From contig JAANOX010000039.1 of the NCBI GenBank assembly GCA_020184695.1, forward strand, positions 14,912 through 78,911: a stretch of DNA of 64,000 nucleotides. The letters are read 5' to 3'. Of this stretch, positions 22,834-34,635 are shown piece by piece. This stretch comes from Histomonas meleagridis 2922-C6/04-290x (Eukaryota > Protista > Parabasalia). Made by a program: the position numbers and the translations under genes. A model generated the notes under the pieces. That model searched no databases. It saw only the letters and a program-made list of their open reading frames with translations, and was not told where the DNA came from. Within the stretch, counting starts at the first letter, position 1. Each line of letters begins with the position of its first letter.

Positions 22834-23731
22834 TCAACCATAGAGACATGTGATGTAAAAACTAGACAAAAGATTCTTATTCTCAAACTCAAGTGATACA
22901 AACAATAGACAAAAATTAATAATTTCTTTTTAGTGCTTTTTTATTTTAAATACTTAAACAGATCAATTCGAAAAAAGAAATTTTATATTTTATAAAATCA
23001 ATGTTGAAAAGAAATTATAACATTATTTGCGGGATGCATGGATATGTGTTATTGTACAACATGTGATTTATTAAATAAATATCAAATGTTTTTTTGGATA
23101 TATAGTAAATCTTCTTGAAAATGATTTGATATATTGAAATTTTCTTATTTTATGCGAACTTAGTTACGAGAATTAATTAAATGGTATAAAGGATGAATTA
23201 CATAACAGCAAGCTTTTAGGAAAAAATAGCGATAATTCTAAAGTTACGTTACTCCTGTCAATTTGACAACTCAAATGACGATAATGTTCTCAATTTCATG
23301 TAACCGATGATCATCGCAAATTTGCGATGTCAAACGACATCAAAAAATATTCTATTTTAAAGAATAAAATAACTCAATTTTATTAGAAATTAAATTTTAA
23401 TTATCGAAAATCAGATAAGAAAAAACAATTTTTTTTTTGAAATCAGAAAAAAAATGAGATTATTTTGCCTATTTTTAGAGCTTTAACGAAAGAAATATAT
23501 CCACATTGATTAAAACAATCATTTAATCATGCAAATACATTAAAATTATGAAGATTTTGCGTTGTAAATGGTGAAAAAATTCTTTGACTTTTTTTCCGAT
23601 AATCTTGACTTGGCTCAATATTCTTTTGAGCATATTTCAGTGGAGTATTGAAAATAGTTTTCAATTTTTCTGATCATGACGGTTGTGAAAACAGTGTTTT
23701 TAAAGCAATTTTTATTTTTTGATATTGACGA

Positions 23732-24076
23732 ATGGAGTTCATCAACCAATGGCCTTCGCGATGGAGCAGAATTATCATATTAGATGACCAAGGAAAAGAA
23801 TCAATGGTCTATCCTCTAGATGAAAAAGCAAAATTGATGGTAAAAATGAAAAGACAACCAAGAAGAAATTTGGACAAAATGACAGGGAAAGATGGTTTGT
23901 GTTTCCAGATGAAAGGAGAACAAAACGCAATGAGATTTGGGCAGATACAACAAGAACAAAACTTCAATAATACCTATTCAGATCTTAACCATCAAGATCG
24001 TGTTATCCCACCCGATGACCTCACGTCCATAAGCTGGCTTTTAAACCCTGGAGCAGTTTTACCAATAACAAATTGA
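23732..24076 (+). CDS. Hypothetical protein
   Basis: 114-aa ATG-initiated ORF with higher GC than flanks; ends SISWLLN... Confidence 0.6.
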   Translation: MEFINQWPSRWSRIIILDDQGKESMVYPLDEKAKLMVKMKRQPRRNLDKMTGKDGLCFQMKGEQNAMRFGQIQQEQNFNNTYSDLNHQDRVIPPDDLTSISWLLNPGAVLPITN

Positions 24077-25130
24077 TGATCATAAGGAATTATATCAAGA
24101 TTTCTCATGTAATGATATTAACCAAATCGTAAACAGCGCAGACAATGTGAATAAATACGAAAATTTAAAAGTCAAAATCTATGAAAGTTTATAACCCAAT
24201 CATCTGATTCAAAATTTCTGATGAATTTTCAATGTGGTTAACATAACTCACAAAATTTATCGCGGTGTAAACTTCCCAAAAATAACGTCATATGAAAACA
24301 CGTTTGACCAAATTGACACCAACTTTTTCAATAAGAGCAAGATTAACCAAAAACAGGATTTGCGAGAAAGATCATATTTACTGTGAACTACCACTTTTAA
24401 ATCGATTTTGGCTCTTGGTTTGTTTTTCTAATTATAAGATTAACATTATAAAATACAAATACGATTGTGATACAGGAACGTTTTCTCTTTATAGGCAAAA
24501 TTTATTTTTTGAATAGTTTATAGTTTTATTTAACCTTGTTTTAAAAATTTTGCACAAGCTAACATTTGGTAAAATTCTTAAATAACTATTTTAAAGACGA
24601 ATGTTTATAAAAGATATATTGTTCCACCAATCTTATTATTGATAAAGAAGAATTTAAATTTTGAATGTTGAAATCTAAAAAAATTTTTAAGTGCTTTTAT
24701 ATATCAAAGGAATTAAGTACCGTCTTAATTTTCATAAATCATTATTAATTCTGTTTTCTATCCCATAAAAATTTTATACTTCAGTAAGAACAGCTTAAGC
24801 TATATTTGGTACAATCAAATAAACGCTGTAGAATTTTTAGAATGAATTCATCAAGAATTCTTGGGGATATCTACAACAAATTTTAAACATGAAGTTCATG
24901 AAGTGAATAATTATTAAAATAGAAAAATCAAGAGAATTTTTTGAGCGTTATAAACACATTCATATTTTAACAGCCAACAGTGCTTGTTTAGTGTAAGAAT
25001 GTTTCCCATTCACTCTGGAATTTATTTTTAAAAATAGCACGTTGAAAGAGTTGCCACTTTTTATTGAATAAGACTGAATCAGTATTTAAAAAGTTAAAAT
25101 AAACGGCTTCTTTCCAAGGTCGATTCTAAA

Positions 25131-25442
25131 ATGCAAGGAAATAATCAACAAATCAGCAGTGCTTATGATTTCAGTGAGTTGGATGCAGCCTTGTCTGAAA
25201 TTCCAGGGGTACAACATAATGAACAAGTAATACCTGATCCAAATCAAAAGAAAGCTATAAATATTCCAACAGATATACTATTAAAAGAAATCCAAGCGAA
25301 AAAGAAAAAAACAGAGATTAGTCAAAAAACCCGAGCCAAAAAAAACAAAAAGGTTGAGCGTTCTAAAGGATACATTGATAAATTATCAAAAAAGGAAAAA
25401 CAACATAAAAAAGCCAAAATCGATAAAAAGCATCGGAAGTGA
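25131..25442 (+). CDS. Small basic protein, possibly Ecm1/Alb1-like ribosome biogenesis factor
   Basis: Lys-rich C-terminus KKNKKVERSKGYIDKLSKK; family call is tentative. Confidence 0.45.
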   Translation: MQGNNQQISSAYDFSELDAALSEIPGVQHNEQVIPDPNQKKAINIPTDILLKEIQAKKKKTEISQKTRAKKNKKVERSKGYIDKLSKKEKQHKKAKIDKKHRK

Positions 25443-25769
25443 GACATTAGCATCATAATAGATGCATTTTTTCTTTTGATAAAAAATTAAATTCATTATT
25501 TTTAAATAAAAAATGAAGTCTATCCTCTGTTCCTTCGAAATTTCTTGATTTAGTTCCATTATAAAGCATTTTATCTCTTTGAAACTGTAAACGCGTAATT
25601 AGGAAATAAAGTTTATAAACAAGTTGTTTGTAGTTTTCAATGAATTATGAGCGTTAAACCATACAATTTTAAATGGGTGATAAAAGTATTACACAAAGAA
25701 ACCATGTCAAAATGGCCGGACCCCTTCCAATTTGAGCTGTGATGTTTCAGGGTGCCCCTAACCGATTTA

Positions 25770-28700
25770 ATGAGCCACCAACAGCTCCAATTTTACTCTT
25801 ATTTCAAAACAGGAATTTTACCAGAATTATCTGACTCTGTACTTGATTCTGTTGATGACTTTCTAATTTATGCACTTGATGATGAGGTTAATGAATCATT
25901 TCCTACATTAACAAATTTTTTTACAACAAATCTGAATAAATTAAATCAAAATTCTTTTGGTGAAGATTCAAAAAAAAGATACTATTATATATGTCGTATT
26001 CTTCATTCACTTCGATTAATACGGCCTTTTTTATTTTCCCAGTCAACATCTTATTTAATTGAAACTTTAGTTTTACCATTTTTAAGGTCTTCAAATATAT
26101 CCGTTCGTCGTAAAACATTTCTATTTTTAATTGATCATTTTATTTCATATCCAGATTGTTCAGAACAAATGATATTAGAATTATTCAAACAAATTCATGA
26201 CTTTCTAGATGAGTCAATACAATCAGTTTTAACCATAGATATTAAATTATTTTTCATCATCATTAATTCATATCGGTCCTTTATCAAGACTAAATCCCTT
26301 AAATCAAATGAAGTTATATTAGTCTTAGATAAAGTCATCAAGGTTGCACATAATGGTCTTCTATGCATTAATAATCCTGATTTTTTTAAGACATTACATT
26401 TGATTGTTACTAAATCACTTAAACTTTCATATCAGTTAATTGAATATTCTCGTAATGTTAGTGATGAATCGTTTAATTTAATTTTTCGTATGAATGATAT
26501 ATTACCCATTGATATTAAATATATCCATATAGCGCAAAATCTTTATGTATGTATGTGTGTTATATATGACTTAGATATTCCTAAACACAATGAATCACTT
26601 AAAAACATATTATTTAAAATTCTTTCGACTATATTTCCAACACTTAAATATCATCCATATTTAGAAAGTCGAAGAAGTTCATATTATTTCCACACATTTA
26701 AAAAGATAATATTATCACAACAATCGAACATGAATTTATTTAGTCGAACTGTATATTTATTATGGTATTTTTTTGGTGGATTAAAAGGACAAATTAGTTT
26801 TTTACGAAGTAGTTTAGATTTATTTAAAAGTTATATCACTAAAACTTCATTTGAACAAAACCCACATTTACAACATGATTTATTTGAACAAGCTGTAACA
26901 TCATATGAAATGTTAAAAGATGAATTTGAATCTGTTGATTTAACAAGTAAAAATAAACCTTTCGAAGCAGAATATTGGCTTGATTGTAACATATGTATTA
27001 TTAACATTATAAATTGTACATTATTCCCTGATAAACAATTATATATAGAAGGGAATTCATTCTCGAATAAGATCGAATTGTTTGTTAGATTATTAAAATA
27101 TTTTTCTTGGTTCTTAGGTATAGTATCAACTGCTGGTAATCCAAATGCACCTGATCAAACATTTAGTAATTTTATTAGACAACAAATGAGTTTTTCGATA
27201 TTAAAAGAGAAGGTTAATGAAATCATTAAATATTTTGGTATAATATTTTCACAATTAACACCACAATTATTAAATTATTTGTTTTCACTCCATTTAAATA
27301 TTATGATTCCGACTAAACCATATCATTTATATCATTTATTATTTCATCAAATGATGTTAAAGAATTTACATGATAATGTTCCTTATCATATTTATTTTTT
27401 AAGTACTATAACTAAATATTTTGATATGTTTTTCATAGATAATAAAAATATTCCTTTAGCTAAATTAACTGTATTAGTGTTTCAAAATGGATTGAAAAAA
27501 TATATTGATCCTAATTCTCATCATGATAAAGAAATTCAAGATTATCTTTTAAAGATAATGTTATTAATATTAGATAAAAAGCAAAGTTATTTAATCGAAT
27601 ATATTTTAATTCCAATTTTTCATTCTTTATTTAAGAATTTACAACGTTTAACTTATTTTATTGATAAAATTAAACAACAACATATATCAATGATTTCTAT
27701 TTTAAGATATTTAGTCGATGATCCACAACTTGAATTATCTGTTTCATTATTATCTTTATATCTTTTTCCTTTATGTTATACTCAACAAGAACCATTAGAT
27801 AATTGGATATATCTTTTTTTGCATTCAATTGAGTCTGAAAAACATCGAAATAATGCAACGCAAATTCTTTCGGAAATAGCTTCACTTCAATCTCAATTTT
27901 TTTTTCAAAGTTTAAGTAAAATTAGAGAAAATCTTCAATCACGTCTAATTAATGCTTTATCTAAAGATATTTATTGTATGCAAATTTTCTTGACTAAAAT
28001 TCCTGATTTATTTGTGAAACATTCATTAATAAATAAAGACGATGATAAATATCATCATTATATTAATTATGAAGATAAAATTATATCAATTGAATCAATA
28101 TTTAACTCATTTAAACTAGAAAAGAATTTAAATGATGAAAAAGTATTAATTTTTTATGATTGTTTTCTGAATTTTATTTCAACATTAAATTTTTGGGATG
28201 CATTTTCGAATCAAAATATCATTGAAATGACGAAATTTATTGTCTCAAAAAATGTTTCATTAATTGATGATGCATATAAATCATTAAAACCTCCGCAACA
28301 ATATATTTTATTAATATTAAGACAACAATTTGGTACATCGATATTAAGCATCATTAATGAAATAGAAAACATTCCCGAATTTGTTGAATATATAACAATA
28401 TTATGTCATAATCGGAATTTTTCACATACTATTGTTGAAATCATTGATTATACAATAGATTATATACCTACGAATTCATTGTTTGTACGAATAGTTAATA
28501 GTTTAATGCATGCATCACAATATGATTATGAAAATGTATTAAAAATATTTAATAATCATATATACACTCGACGATTTACTAATGAAGATGTAAAAGTATT
28601 AAATGATTTACGTTATACTTTTACTAAATCTTCAACAGTATATCAAAAATATATGAGAAAAATAGCATTCATTTCATTAAGATTTCTAAAAAATAATTTC

Positions 28701-31700
28701 GGAGTAATTAGTCCAATTGAACAAACTCGTATGAGAGCATTAAAAGAATTACCAAAAAAATTACAAGCGAATCCTTACTTTCGAATTAATTCATATAATT
28801 TTATCTTTTTTCAACCATTTAATGATATCGAAGATATTTCCGATATAATTTCGGAGCTTTCAAAAGTATTAAATAATTATATATCATGTATAGTTATAAT
28901 TCAACCTATAAAAGAAGTAAAAAAACTTTTAAAAGATTCACAAACTACTAATCAATTAGTTTATGCATATTTTAATGTACGTTTTATATTTAAAGTAATT
29001 GCAAAATTATTTCCGTTCTTAAAGAACTCAAAATTCGCACATACTCAATGGGAAAATATATTTGTTAGTTTACGAAGTAATAAATGTCGACAATTTACAA
29101 ATTATTTCTTACATAAACTTAAAAAAGAAGGTAAAAAATATGGATTTCAATCATTACCTAATGAAATGAGCATCTTTTTTCAAAGTAAAACATTAAGTAT
29201 TTATGATATTAAAATCTTACGATTTTTAATAAAATTTTATTCAATTCGTCAAATTAATAATTATGTTGAAGTAATAATTGAAGTAGTAAGTAATTTAAAA
29301 TCAATGATAACACAATATAATTCATATATCGAAATTAATCGATTATTAAAACAAATATTATTATTAATAAAACAAATTAAAAAATCAGGTCAATCACAAT
29401 ATGATTTAACAAAATTAATTTCAAATATTATGGATTTTTTAATATATTCGAAAACTGTTTTATTTCCGATTCAAGTTCCTTATTATATTTTAGCAGAATT
29501 TTATCCTAATATAGTGTTACAATGTTTTTCGAAAATGTTTCAACTAAATTGGTCAATTGATTTGTTTTTATTCTTTACTGATATTTATGCTAATAAACAT
29601 TGTCAAGAATTTCGAAATTATTGTTTTAAATCTTCAATAACTAATTTCCAAAAATATATTTTACCATATTTTAAAAACGTCATTCAAAAAGATTTTAGTT
29701 TTGTAATGGAACATTCGATTTATTCATTAGCTAAATGTATTAATGAATGTGACGACGATAATATCGAATTATTTCCAATATTCGAAATCGCTAAAGAATT
29801 ATTAAGTTTCATTAAAATTAAAAAAGGTATTTATATGCCATCAATATTAGTCTGTTTCACGCAAATATTTTTACCAATAAAATATGCAAATTTAATAAAT
29901 ATAAATACAAATTATTATGAATTCATTAAAAAAGAGTTTTTATTAAATTTATCAAAGTTTTCTTCATCATTTAATCATTCATATTTTACACGGCATTTCA
30001 TTATGTTTGTAAATTTACTTGATTCAACTAAACAAAATGAAATTTATGGTATAATCCAAGAAACGTTTTTAACAGATAAATTTTTAGTTCCGAAAATATT
30101 TTATTATCAAATCTTAAATTATCGAATAAAAACTTCGAAAGAAGAAAATCAACAAACGATTACAATCAATTTTAATAACTTAATACAGCCTAATACGCCA
30201 AGTAATCCGAATATATTTGGTGTGTATTTAATACATTATACTTCTTGTAAAATAGGACTTCATAAAAATATAATAATAAAAGACTTAAATACTTCAGTGA
30301 TATTAAACACATCGCCACAAATTCAAGCGATTTCGATAAATTCCGGAATTACTGACTTAAAAGATATTAAAACGTTAAATCGATTTTGTGCAGTTACAAA
30401 ATATTTAATAAGTAATTTAAATTATCAAAATGATGACTATTATGAATTACGTCTAAAAAAGTTATTAAATTCAAACCCTTTTATGATTCGAGCTTCACGA
30501 AATTTGTTTTTAATGTATCAAATGAATTTGGAGTTTAATAAAGTATCAAAAGAACAAATCGATTATATTTTATGTGTTTCGAGTTATATATTGTCATGTA
30601 ACTCAATACAAACTATTTATCAACAACAATTAATCTTAGTTTTACCAAACGTTTTAATTAACTTAAGAAAATTTATCGACGAAAACGCGTCGTCGAGATG
30701 TTTGGAGTTGTTAATCTCTGCTTCTGTTTTAGTGTTAACGAAATTAAATGAAATGACTTCAATTGCTCATAATATACCTTTAGCAATTGAAAAATACATT
30801 AATAATAGTATTTGTTCTGAGACCTTATTAATAAAATTAAATGAAATATTAATCGAACCAATTAATAAAGATGAAAAATTAAATCAAACAAAAACAAAAT
30901 TCGTTTGTCAATTGATCGCGGTTATCGCCGGTTTATTGTATTCAAAAGATTCAGAAGAAATTCAATTCCCGACACTTTTGTTGCCTTCAATTTTCTTTTC
31001 GGTTGATTTACAACGCGATACAATTGAATTCTATCAAAACGCTATGAAAAGTATTGTAAACAATTCAAACTTAAACGTCTCCAAATTTCTCTTACAAAAT
31101 GTTCATGATAATTTTAGAAATAAAAATGAATTACTTTCTGAACCATTATCAACACCATTTTCGACATTATCAGAATGGCTAAATGAATCACAAAGTGATA
31201 CAAAACTTTTAAGCAAATTAAAATTAATGATTAAAATCTTTAAACCAGAAACAAGGCAAAATTTAAAATCTGAATTAAAAAACTTTAAGTTTCCAATTAA
31301 TGACGACATATTATCAGTGATTTATGATATTTCACTTGATCATTTAGATTTTCAAGATATATTTATTCAATCACAAAATTTTATATTTTTGGCAATTACT
31401 GAAACTGAAAATTTTAATAAAGAAATTTGGAACATTAATTGGTTTGAAATTAATGAAGAATTTCATCTAAAGACATTTTTAAAATTATTATTTCCAACGA
31501 ATCTTAATTTTCTTATTAAAACATTAAGTGATAATGAAATCAATGAATATTTATCCAATAACATTATTTCAAATTTAACAACGTTTTGTAATTATTACAT
31601 TTATTTATTTCCAAACAGTTCATTATCACAAATCTTATCAATGATTTATTTACCACAATCAAATCCATTACCTAATCAAACGTTATATCAAAACATGACA

Positions 31701-34184
31701 TATTTAGAAATGTTAAACTTATATGATGATTCATTAGGCTTATTAAAGACGAATTTTGACGATAAGTTAAACAACGCGATTTCATTCCAATTACTTTCAC
31801 ATTATAAATCATCAAAAGAATATTATTTACAATCAATGAACAAATATCCATTAAATTTATATATGCATTCATTATTACAATTACGTAACATTTCTATTAA
31901 CTTATCATTACCTTCTATATCTATCGATAAGATTCGTGATACAATAATACCTCAAAACTCAACAATTCCACAAATAGTTTTACCGATTTTACAAGAGAAA
32001 CAATTTAAAAATGAAAAAAAATTTTTGACTTCTTTTTTATCTCAATCATATTTAACGGTGTTTTTTAAGAAGGCTATACAAGAAGAGATACGACAAATGT
32101 TAAAAATATATTATAATTCTCATGGTAATAATCAAAATGCTTTTCGATTAAGTCAATTAATTTGGTTTAATTCACTTGACAACCAAACCGCCATGTCCTC
32201 AAATTTTGTATGGCGTTTTTCGGTTTTAAACGACTTCCGTAACAAATGTCCGGAAGACGTTAAGCAAATTCAAGAATTATTATATATTAATCATAATTCA
32301 TTATCTAATATTATGTATAAGATTCATGATTTTAAACATTCATTTTTGCATTATAAAATCTCATCCAATTTATTTAATGAGAAACCATTTCCATATATTA
32401 CAATAAATACATTACCATCGATAATAAATTTTCTTAAGTCACAACCTAAAGGTAATTATCCATTATTAATGTATGAATATTTATTAAAAATTTATGATTT
32501 CCAACAAGCTTTACAAGTCATAACTCAAAAGATGTCAACGCCAAACATAACAACACAACAATGGTTAACATTAGTTGTCACATGTATTAGACAATCATTA
32601 CCAAATAATATTAATGGCGTTGAACGAATCTTTCAAAAGATTTTCGAACAAATGAATTTCTCTGATTCAGAACACATATCATTATATATCTCATTATTAT
32701 TAACATTAATCCGTAAAGAACAACAACTTTCGAATCTCTTTAATATTAACTTAAAGAACTTAAAAGATGAATCGAAAGTCGCGTTCATTAGTTGGCTCCC
32801 ACAATTATTTAGTATATGTTCATATTTACCAAATGAATTCTTAATCACATTAATGGGTTCAAGTCCTTATATGTTTTTATTATGTTTAAAACATTGTCAA
32901 TATTCGAACTCTTTTCATAACCCTCAAATTCTTACTGAGGTTATTAATATGTTAAAGAATAAACAAGAAAATCGTTACGTTGAAGAATTCGAATCGATTT
33001 TTAGTTTCGTTAATGAATGTGATGATGACATTAAGAAATTAGATGACGTTGTTACTGCATTAAAATATTTTTATCAATGTATAACACAAAATAAACAAAA
33101 CGTAGAGTTCCCAGAAACAATTACCAATTATCATAACTATAAAGAACTAAAGAAATTTTGCAAACTAAATCCGCCGTTTTTTAAGACGGATAAGAAATTA
33201 CCAAATTATTCTTCGTTCGTAGGGTTTAGATTATATGTTAATCAATATAATATTATTCGAATTGGTTTAGAAGCAAATGGTGATAAAGAAGCAACTTTAA
33301 ATTATATAAATTTTAAAGGAGAAATTAAAAATTTTTTGTTGATTTCACCACAAATTTATACATTAAATTATAAAGAATTCATTTTAATTAATTTATTAAG
33401 TTCCTTAATAAAAAATCACCCAAGTTCTTCAACTAAAAACTTTTTTTTATATTACCCTCAATCATTTTTAATACATCCAAAATTATTATTAATAATTTCT
33501 CCGTTAATTAATTCTTATCAAGAAATTATTAGTTATAAAGATTTAAATATTATAAAACTTTTCGATAAAGCTTTCAAAAAGAACATCAACGAAAATATTC
33601 TTTCACCAAAAACGTTTTATAATAAACGGAAAATAAATTTGGAAAACGATATACTGTTTAAATGGTTTATTAAAGGGTGTAACGGTTTTAAAACAGACTT
33701 TTTATTTAAACGGCAAAATTTTGCGGCTCATTTAGGTGCTTTTTCTTATTTACATATGGTATTAGGAACTTCTGTCTCTTTAACACCTTCAATGTTATTC
33801 TTAAATGATCGACAAAGATTTTGTATCCCAGGATTTTTTGATAACCCAAATATAATTTCACATATTCCACTTTCGAATCAATTAAATTATTTGTTACCAA
33901 AGTTCGTGTTAAATGGATCTTTTTATTCGGCATTTAATATCTTGGCAGAATCAATGTTTATTAACATGGATAAAATCAGATTTTATTTAACAGCTTTGAT
34001 TCCAGACAAATTTAAAACAAATTACACACACATAGTGACGGACAAAGTCTCAAAGCTAGCTATCCAAACAAATGAAAATACAGATAAAAGTGATGACTAT
34101 TTCCCTTTCGTTTTGTTAGATTTCTTAATAGAAAACTCAAATAACGCTTTTAACGCGCAATTTACTAAGTTCGGTTGGGTATAA
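25770..34184 (+). CDS. Tra1/TRRAP-like PIKK-family pseudokinase
   Basis: About 2800 aa, helical. SWLPQL (FAT-like), FKRQNFAAHLGAFSY, IPLSNQLNYLL and a FATC-like end (FGWV). No DRH/DFG catalytic motifs. Confidence 0.65.
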   Translation: MSHQQLQFYSYFKTGILPELSDSVLDSVDDFLIYALDDEVNESFPTLTNFFTTNLNKLNQNSFGEDSKKRYYYICRILHSLRLIRPFLFSQSTSYLIETLVLPFLRSSNISVRRKTFLFLIDHFISYPDCSEQMILELFKQIHDFLDESIQSVLTIDIKLFFIIINSYRSFIKTKSLKSNEVILVLDKVIKVAHNGLLCINNPDFFKTLHLIVTKSLKLSYQLIEYSRNVSDESFNLIFRMNDILPIDIKYIHIAQNLYVCMCVIYDLDIPKHNESLKNILFKILSTIFPTLKYHPYLESRRSSYYFHTFKKIILSQQSNMNLFSRTVYLLWYFFGGLKGQISFLRSSLDLFKSYITKTSFEQNPHLQHDLFEQAVTSYEMLKDEFESVDLTSKNKPFEAEYWLDCNICIINIINCTLFPDKQLYIEGNSFSNKIELFVRLLKYFSWFLGIVSTAGNPNAPDQTFSNFIRQQMSFSILKEKVNEIIKYFGIIFSQLTPQLLNYLFSLHLNIMIPTKPYHLYHLLFHQMMLKNLHDNVPYHIYFLSTITKYFDMFFIDNKNIPLAKLTVLVFQNGLKKYIDPNSHHDKEIQDYLLKIMLLILDKKQSYLIEYILIPIFHSLFKNLQRLTYFIDKIKQQHISMISILRYLVDDPQLELSVSLLSLYLFPLCYTQQEPLDNWIYLFLHSIESEKHRNNATQILSEIASLQSQFFFQSLSKIRENLQSRLINALSKDIYCMQIFLTKIPDLFVKHSLINKDDDKYHHYINYEDKIISIESIFNSFKLEKNLNDEKVLIFYDCFLNFISTLNFWDAFSNQNIIEMTKFIVSKNVSLIDDAYKSLKPPQQYILLILRQQFGTSILSIINEIENIPEFVEYITILCHNRNFSHTIVEIIDYTIDYIPTNSLFVRIVNSLMHASQYDYENVLKIFNNHIYTRRFTNEDVKVLNDLRYTFTKSSTVYQKYMRKIAFISLRFLKNNFGVISPIEQTRMRALKELPKKLQANPYFRINSYNFIFFQPFNDIEDISDIISELSKVLNNYISCIVIIQPIKEVKKLLKDSQTTNQLVYAYFNVRFIFKVIAKLFPFLKNSKFAHTQWENIFVSLRSNKCRQFTNYFLHKLKKEGKKYGFQSLPNEMSIFFQSKTLSIYDIKILRFLIKFYSIRQINNYVEVIIEVVSNLKSMITQYNSYIEINRLLKQILLLIKQIKKSGQSQYDLTKLISNIMDFLIYSKTVLFPIQVPYYILAEFYPNIVLQCFSKMFQLNWSIDLFLFFTDIYANKHCQEFRNYCFKSSITNFQKYILPYFKNVIQKDFSFVMEHSIYSLAKCINECDDDNIELFPIFEIAKELLSFIKIKKGIYMPSILVCFTQIFLPIKYANLININTNYYEFIKKEFLLNLSKFSSSFNHSYFTRHFIMFVNLLDSTKQNEIYGIIQETFLTDKFLVPKIFYYQILNYRIKTSKEENQQTITINFNNLIQPNTPSNPNIFGVYLIHYTSCKIGLHKNIIIKDLNTSVILNTSPQIQAISINSGITDLKDIKTLNRFCAVTKYLISNLNYQNDDYYELRLKKLLNSNPFMIRASRNLFLMYQMNLEFNKVSKEQIDYILCVSSYILSCNSIQTIYQQQLILVLPNVLINLRKFIDENASSRCLELLISASVLVLTKLNEMTSIAHNIPLAIEKYINNSICSETLLIKLNEILIEPINKDEKLNQTKTKFVCQLIAVIAGLLYSKDSEEIQFPTLLLPSIFFSVDLQRDTIEFYQNAMKSIVNNSNLNVSKFLLQNVHDNFRNKNELLSEPLSTPFSTLSEWLNESQSDTKLLSKLKLMIKIFKPETRQNLKSELKNFKFPINDDILSVIYDISLDHLDFQDIFIQSQNFIFLAITETENFNKEIWNINWFEINEEFHLKTFLKLLFPTNLNFLIKTLSDNEINEYLSNNIISNLTTFCNYYIYLFPNSSLSQILSMIYLPQSNPLPNQTLYQNMTYLEMLNLYDDSLGLLKTNFDDKLNNAISFQLLSHYKSSKEYYLQSMNKYPLNLYMHSLLQLRNISINLSLPSISIDKIRDTIIPQNSTIPQIVLPILQEKQFKNEKKFLTSFLSQSYLTVFFKKAIQEEIRQMLKIYYNSHGNNQNAFRLSQLIWFNSLDNQTAMSSNFVWRFSVLNDFRNKCPEDVKQIQELLYINHNSLSNIMYKIHDFKHSFLHYKISSNLFNEKPFPYITINTLPSIINFLKSQPKGNYPLLMYEYLLKIYDFQQALQVITQKMSTPNITTQQWLTLVVTCIRQSLPNNINGVERIFQKIFEQMNFSDSEHISLYISLLLTLIRKEQQLSNLFNINLKNLKDESKVAFISWLPQLFSICSYLPNEFLITLMGSSPYMFLLCLKHCQYSNSFHNPQILTEVINMLKNKQENRYVEEFESIFSFVNECDDDIKKLDDVVTALKYFYQCITQNKQNVEFPETITNYHNYKELKKFCKLNPPFFKTDKKLPNYSSFVGFRLYVNQYNIIRIGLEANGDKEATLNYINFKGEIKNFLLISPQIYTLNYKEFILINLLSSLIKNHPSSSTKNFFLYYPQSFLIHPKLLLIISPLINSYQEIISYKDLNIIKLFDKAFKKNINENILSPKTFYNKRKINLENDILFKWFIKGCNGFKTDFLFKRQNFAAHLGAFSYLHMVLGTSVSLTPSMLFLNDRQRFCIPGFFDNPNIISHIPLSNQLNYLLPKFVLNGSFYSAFNILAESMFINMDKIRFYLTALIPDKFKTNYTHIVTDKVSKLAIQTNENTDKSDDYFPFVLLDFLIENSNNAFNAQFTKFGWV

Positions 34185-34218
34185 ATAAAATATATTGTTT
34201 ATAGATAATTTATAGTTT

Positions 34219-34536
34219 TTAATGACGAGAATTGATTTCGTTTTTGTTTATTTCACGGAGTGTTTTCCTCTCTTCATTTGGCTTATTTTGAGTTTCGTTA
34301 AATTTTGGGATTACATTTTGTGACAAATTATATTCTATAGAACCATTTTCATTTTGTGACATCGAAAGCATTGTTGTTTGTAAGATAGATTGAAATGTTT
34401 CTTCAAATTCAATCCGAGATTGATATGGATATCGATTATGAAATCGATACCATAACGCTTCTTTAGAAAAGCTTTTGGTATTAAACTCAGAACAAATAAC
34501 ATTTATTATTGTTTTCTTTAATGTTCGCATGTTCAT
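34219..34536 (-). CDS. Hypothetical small protein
   Basis: 105-aa ATG ORF convergent with the Tra1-like gene; no motif recognised. Confidence 0.5.
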   Translation of the reverse strand: MNMRTLKKTIINVICSEFNTKSFSKEALWYRFHNRYPYQSRIEFEETFQSILQTTMLSMSQNENGSIEYNLSQNVIPKFNETQNKPNEERKTLREINKNEINSRH

Positions 34537-34635
34537 TAAATTATTAAATTATAACATCAAATATCACATCAAATATTTGCAACTTTTAGAATACTTTACA
34601 TTCGGTTTTTTAATCGTCTTTTTTTCCCAAACAAA

